64,000 nucleotides of DNA from Methylotenera sp. (lineage in GTDB: Bacteria > Pseudomonadota > Gammaproteobacteria > Burkholderiales > Methylophilaceae): positions 25,091-89,090 of the forward strand of contig NZ_DASWWA010000027.1 of NCBI RefSeq assembly GCF_036401095.1, given 5' to 3'. Every line of letters starts with the position of its first letter. Position 1 is the first letter of the stretch. Below the pieces are notes generated by a model that ran no database searches, had not been told where the DNA came from, and saw only the letters and a list, made by a program, of their open reading frames with translations. The position numbers and the translations under genes are program-made. Shown in pieces: positions 59,626-64,000 of this stretch.

Positions 59626-61068
59626 TTATTCAGTTTTTGGTGTTTCAGCTTTTACCGCAGGGGTAGACTGAACAACTGGCAAGCCTTTTAGCAGGTTCAT
59701 GGCTTGCGTAAATTGAATATCATCTTTACTTGCAGGCTCTATCGGTGCGCTAGGCTCTGCGTATTTCTTCTCATTCAATTTTGCTTTGGCGGCATCATTG
59801 TGAGTAGCGCTGTCTGCAGGTTTATTTGCTTCAGCATCTTTTGGATTAGATAGATGGCGAGATAAGTCCGCTTCATGGATTGCGCCAGATTGGTCGGTAC
59901 CATCTTCAACCAAGTAGTCAGGCACAATACCTTTAGCCTGGATAGAGCGACCTTTAGGCGTAAAGTAGCGTGCAGTGGTTAGCTTAATCGCCGCACCGTT
60001 ATTCATCGGCATAATGGTTTGCACTGAACCTTTACCAAAGCTTTGTGTACCCAATACTGCAGCGCGTTTATGGTCTTGCAGGGCGCCCGCTACAATTTCA
60101 GATGCAGAAGCAGAGCCACTGTTAATCAATACCACCATAGGTACGGTTTTGATATCTGCCGGTAAATCGCGGATGTAGTCGTTTGCTGCGCCACCACGTA
60201 CGTAGTTTTCCGGTGTGGCAGTGAGTTGCATTTTAGAGTCAGGTGCACGGCCTTCTGTGTAAACCACTAACTCACCTTTAGGTAAGAAGGCAGCAGACAC
60301 GCCTACTGCACCGTTCAGTAAGCCGCCCGGATCGTTACGCAGGTCTAATACTAAGCCCTTAAATGCACCTTTGTTTTCTGTGTGCATGGTTTTAATGGCT
60401 TTGGCTAAGTCTTCACCAGTACGTTCCTGGAACTGCGTGACACGTACGTAGGCATAGCCAGGCTCGGTTAGTTTGTATTTAACGCTCTTGCTCTTAATAA
60501 TTGCACGGGTCAGCGTGAACTTAAGTGGCTTGGTTTCAGTTTTGCGGATCACCGTAAGTATAATTTTGGTATCAGGTTTGCCGCGCATGCGTTTAACCGC
60601 ATCATTCAATGTCAGCCCTTTAACTGGAGTGTCATCAAGCTTAACGATTAAGTCGCCGCTTTTCAGGCCAGCTGCATAAGCTGGAGAGTCTTCAATCGGA
60701 GAGATTACTTTGACTAAGCCATCTTCCATGCCAACTTCAATGCCCAGTCCGCCAAATTCACCCTGTGTGGCAACTTGCATGTCTTTAAATGCATCGGGGT
60801 CCATATAGGTGGAGTGCGGGTCTAAGCCGGTAAGCATGCCGCTGATGGCTTCTGAAATGAGTTTTTTGTCTTCAACCGGCTCTACGTAGTCGGTCTTGAT
60901 TTTGCCAAACACTTCAGCAAAAGCACGTAGATCATCCAGCGGCAGCTGCGGTTTAACCATTTTTTCTGCAACGGCAGAGTAGGTTAAGCTCAGCATTAGG
61001 CCAAGTATTAAACCTGAGCCAACTAGCCCGATTTTAGTAAGCCTGTGATGTTTATTATTTACTTGCAT
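59626..61068 (-). CDS. S41 carboxy-terminal processing protease (CtpA)
   Basis: LDPHS.Y, GEFGGLGIEV (PDZ), LDLRNDPGGLL, SASASEIVAGALQDH and FGKGSVQ motifs. Confidence 0.93.
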   Translation of the reverse strand: MQVNNKHHRLTKIGLVGSGLILGLMLSLTYSAVAEKMVKPQLPLDDLRAFAEVFGKIKTDYVEPVEDKKLISEAISGMLTGLDPHSTYMDPDAFKDMQVATQGEFGGLGIEVGMEDGLVKVISPIEDSPAYAAGLKSGDLIVKLDDTPVKGLTLNDAVKRMRGKPDTKIILTVIRKTETKPLKFTLTRAIIKSKSVKYKLTEPGYAYVRVTQFQERTGEDLAKAIKTMHTENKGAFKGLVLDLRNDPGGLLNGAVGVSAAFLPKGELVVYTEGRAPDSKMQLTATPENYVRGGAANDYIRDLPADIKTVPMVVLINSGSASASEIVAGALQDHKRAAVLGTQSFGKGSVQTIMPMNNGAAIKLTTARYFTPKGRSIQAKGIVPDYLVEDGTDQSGAIHEADLSRHLSNPKDAEANKPADSATHNDAAKAKLNEKKYAEPSAPIEPASKDDIQFTQAMNLLKGLPVVQSTPAVKAETPKTE

Positions 61069-61321
61069 GAATGTAAGGTGTCCTAACAAAAGTAACAGTA
61101 ACTGATTTATGCTTTAATATCTCAACTCGCTTTATATTAGGTTACATAAAGCAAGATTAGGGTTTGTTGCACTAATACATTGCGCATACGTCGCGCTAGA
61201 TTTAACGGGCTAAACAACAGCCTAGCGATAACTATGAGTTGCCAAATATTTTTTAGTTTCAGAGTTTAATCATTATATTGCGTTCTACGCATATTAAACT
61301 ATATCGGTCGGGACATACAAA

Positions 61322-61612
61322 TTGAGTAGATATATTGTTGAAATCACCTATTGCACGCAGTGCCGTTGGTTATTGCGCGCGGCATGGCTTGCGCAAGAGC
61401 TATTAACAACGTTTGAGCAAGATTTATACAGTGTGGCATTAAGGCCGGGTACTGGCGGCATCTTTGAAGTGAGCTTAAATGATGAGCTGATTTTCTCCAG
61501 AAAAGAGGCTGGCAGGTTCCCCGAGGCAAAAGAGATTAAGCAACTGGTGCGTGATAAAGTAGACCCAGACCGTCATTTGGGGCATAGTGATAAAACGACT
61601 ACTGAGAACTAG
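61322..61612 (+). CDS. SelT/SelW/SelH (Rdx)-family protein
   Basis: ITYCTQC.WLLRAAW.AQELL.TF, PGTGG.FEV and FPEAKE.KQLVRD motifs. TTG start. Confidence 0.88.
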   Translation: MSRYIVEITYCTQCRWLLRAAWLAQELLTTFEQDLYSVALRPGTGGIFEVSLNDELIFSRKEAGRFPEAKEIKQLVRDKVDPDRHLGHSDKTTTEN

Positions 61613-61692
61613 TCGTCTATCGCATGCGTCAGTATTAAGCGTTACCGATCCAGAGTCGGGCGATATATTTTTTGATAAGAAAGGATTACAAA

Positions 61693-62151
61693 ATGTCAGA
61701 TCATCACGATAACAGTCCTATTGTGGACGCACTCAATACGATTTTAGAGTTTGAATTAGCTGGGGTTGTAAGATACACCCACTATTCGTTGATGGTGTTT
61801 GGTTACAACCGTATTCCTATTGTGTCATGGCTACGTAGCCAAGCGACAGAGTCTTTAGATCATGCAAATAAAGCAGGTGAAATTATTACGCATTTAGGTG
61901 GGCATCCATCATTGTCAATCGGCCCTTTGTTAGAAACTCATAATCATGACATCGGTGATATTTTACGTGAGTCTTTAGCGCATGAAACGGCAGCTTTAAA
62001 TGCATATAAAGCATTGTTAAAACTGGTAGAGGGAGATTCAGTAATGCTGGAAGAGTACGCCAGAGAAATGATTTACCAAGAAGAGCTGCATTTGGGTGAA
62101 GTGGATAAAATGTTGCGTAAGCCTGGGGATTTAGCTAAGTTCCACGCCTAA
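61693..62151 (+). CDS. Bacterioferritin-like (ferritin fold) protein
   Basis: LNTILE.ELAGVVRY, ES..HA...GE and EE.H di-iron ligands. Confidence 0.85.
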   Translation: MSDHHDNSPIVDALNTILEFELAGVVRYTHYSLMVFGYNRIPIVSWLRSQATESLDHANKAGEIITHLGGHPSLSIGPLLETHNHDIGDILRESLAHETAALNAYKALLKLVEGDSVMLEEYAREMIYQEELHLGEVDKMLRKPGDLAKFHA

Positions 62152-62315
62152 GCTAAACTCTGGGTTTGATATTAACTGGCGGCATTTGCCCGCCAGTTAG
62201 TTAAGACATGCGAAATTAAAACAGAAAGTTAGATAACTAGTTCAGCAGGTTGTCGGTATTGTAAGAACAGTAAAACGTATCATTGCAAACTTATAGGTTT
62301 GCGCTCCGGCTTCCA

Positions 62316-62864
62316 TTAGTTTTTATCTTGCTCAGGCTCTATGCGCTGGGCGCCATTAAAGCGTTTGCTCCAATAGCTAGTTTGCATATCATCTACACGC
62401 ACACCGCCGCCACTGCTTGGCGAGTGAATAAAACGGTTGTTCCCTACATAAATACCTACATGTGAGAAAGTTGATTTGAGTGTGTTGAAGAACACTAGGT
62501 CACCTGGCTGCAAATCACTTTTAGATACTGATTTTCCAATCTGGCTAATGGCTTTTGCGCCATGTGGCAGGCTTAAATTAGTGGCTTGCTGGTATACATA
62601 GCGCACAAAACCACTGCAATCAAAACCGGTTTCTGGTGAGGTGCCACCATATTTGTAGGTAATGCCGGTGAGGCTGAGTGCACTCACTAAAACTTCACGC
62701 GCACGTTCTGGCCAAGCGTGATGGGCCTCTACAGGCTCTGCTGGCGTAGATTTCTCTGTGAGTGTGTTTGTGTTGGTCAGCCCGTTAGGGGTAGCTGCGC
62801 AGGAGGCACTGGTGAGTGCGAGCACTAAACACACTAAATAATTGTAGTAAGTGAATTTTGCCAC
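62316..62864 (-). CDS. NlpC/P60 (C40) cell-wall peptidase
   Basis: YKYGG.SP.TGFDCSG, LQPGDLVFF and HVGIY.G..RFIHSP motifs. GTG start. Confidence 0.93.
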   Translation of the reverse strand: MAKFTYYNYLVCLVLALTSASCAATPNGLTNTNTLTEKSTPAEPVEAHHAWPERAREVLVSALSLTGITYKYGGTSPETGFDCSGFVRYVYQQATNLSLPHGAKAISQIGKSVSKSDLQPGDLVFFNTLKSTFSHVGIYVGNNRFIHSPSSGGGVRVDDMQTSYWSKRFNGAQRIEPEQDKN

Positions 62865-62963
62865 GGACTCATTATATTCAACTTACCCAAAAGTACCAAA
62901 TGTGACGATAACTCAGGTTAAAACAAACATGAGCGTGTTAACTCATGGGATAATTACCGTTCT

Positions 62964-64000
62964 ATGAGTGAATACAATATCCGCCAAGTTTTTGAAAAAG
63001 ATGGCATTTTAGCTTCTCACATTGCTGGTTACCACGAGCGTACCCAGCAATTGGAAATGGCGTTGGCGATTGCCGATGCAATTGAGCATAATACCCAGTT
63101 AGTCGCAGAAGCTGGCACCGGCACCGGCAAGACATTTGCCTATTTGGTGCCTGCATTATTGACTGGCGGTAAAGTCATTATTTCTACTGGCACTAAGAAC
63201 CTGCAAGACCAGTTGTTTAGCCGCGACCTACCCAATGTGCGTGATGCACTGAAAGTATCGGTGACGGTCGCTATGCTGAAGGGCCGCTCCAACTATGTGT
63301 GCCACTATCATTTAGAGCGTGCAGCTAACGAAGGGCGTTTTTTAGCACGAGATGATGCGCAATACGTCCATGTCATCAAAGCATTCGCTGAGAACAGTAA
63401 AACCGGTGATAAAGGTGAGCTGAACACTGTGCCGGAAAATGCTACGATATGGGGCAATGTCACCTCAACTCGTGATAACTGTCTGGGCGGAGATTGCAAC
63501 TACTATAAAGAGTGCTTTGTGATGGAAGCGCGTAAACAGGCGCTGGCTGCGGATGTGGTGGTCGTGAATCATCACTTGTTCTTTGCGGATGTCATGTTAC
63601 GCGATGAAGGCGTGGCCGAACTGCTACCCAGCGCCAACACCGTGATATTTGACGAAGCGCACCAATTGCCGGAAGTCGCAGGCTTGTTTTTTGGTGAGGA
63701 TGTATCCACCAGCCAATTAATGGAGTTGGCACGCGATTGCACTGCCGCACATTTAAGTCTGGCCAAAGACTGTGTGCAGCTGGGAGAAGTGATTCCAGTA
63801 CTGGAAAAAGCGTGCAAAGATTTTAGGTTGATTTTTTCATATGAAGGTTCACGCATGTCGGTGCAAAAAGCACTGGCACTGAAAAACTTTGAATCTACAT
63901 TTACATATATGCAAGAGCAGTTGCAAGCCTTGGCAAAAGTGCTGGAAACACAAGCCGCGCGCGACCCGCTACTAGAAAAATGCTGGCAGCGCAGTATGGC
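62964..64000 (+). CDS. DinG/YoaA-family ATP-dependent DNA helicase (3'-truncated by window; absent from ORF track)
   Basis: MSEYNIRQVF...VAEAGTGTGKTFAYLVPA, ISTGTKNLQDQL, LKGRSNYVC, VVVNHHLFFAD and IFDEAHQL motifs. No stop before the window end. Confidence 0.92.
   Translation, partial: MSEYNIRQVFEKDGILASHIAGYHERTQQLEMALAIADAIEHNTQLVAEAGTGTGKTFAYLVPALLTGGKVIISTGTKNLQDQLFSRDLPNVRDALKVSVTVAMLKGRSNYVCHYHLERAANEGRFLARDDAQYVHVIKAFAENSKTGDKGELNTVPENATIWGNVTSTRDNCLGGDCNYYKECFVMEARKQALAADVVVVNHHLFFADVMLRDEGVAELLPSANTVIFDEAHQLPEVAGLFFGEDVSTSQLMELARDCTAAHLSLAKDCVQLGEVIPVLEKACKDFRLIFSYEGSRMSVQKALALKNFESTFTYMQEQLQALAKVLETQAARDPLLEKCWQRSM

Noticed and set aside
61322-61612. SelW-like protein as a selenoprotein
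   Set aside because: The motif is TGC-ACG-CAG-TGC (CxxC), with no UGA.

Overview
A 64-kb stretch of a betaproteobacterial chromosome, probably Methylophilaceae (Methylotenera-like). That assignment is inferred from gene order and protein style; the window holds no marker gene. Most of it is housekeeping: cstA, lgt, ilvD, hemF, dusB-fis-purH-purD, polA, thrB, uvrD, groES-groEL, bioA, dacB, coq7, ctpA and a partial DinG/YoaA helicase. Three features stand out. (1) A chromosomal integron between lgt and ilvD: an intact intI, an attI site and three AT-rich cassettes whose attC sites decay with distance from attI. (2) A ~2-kb AT-rich darT-darG toxin-antitoxin islet downstream of groEL, bounded by a perfect 24-bp direct repeat that contains the groEL terminator. 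Its DarT has Arg where characterised DarT2 has the first-motif His, plus a long insertion before the catalytic Glu. (3) An unannotated ~107-nt four-hairpin small-RNA candidate between uvrD and a dioxygenase gene, with a strong sigmaE-type promoter, anti-Shine-Dalgarno loops and its own terminator. Smaller observations include a palindromic repeat family flanking groEL, a missed 47-aa ORF, a 71-aa protein with a c-di-GMP-binding-type motif, and a CIRCE plus sigma32 promoter. No rRNA, tRNA or CRISPR array was seen. All family assignments come from motif recognition by eye and no database search was run.
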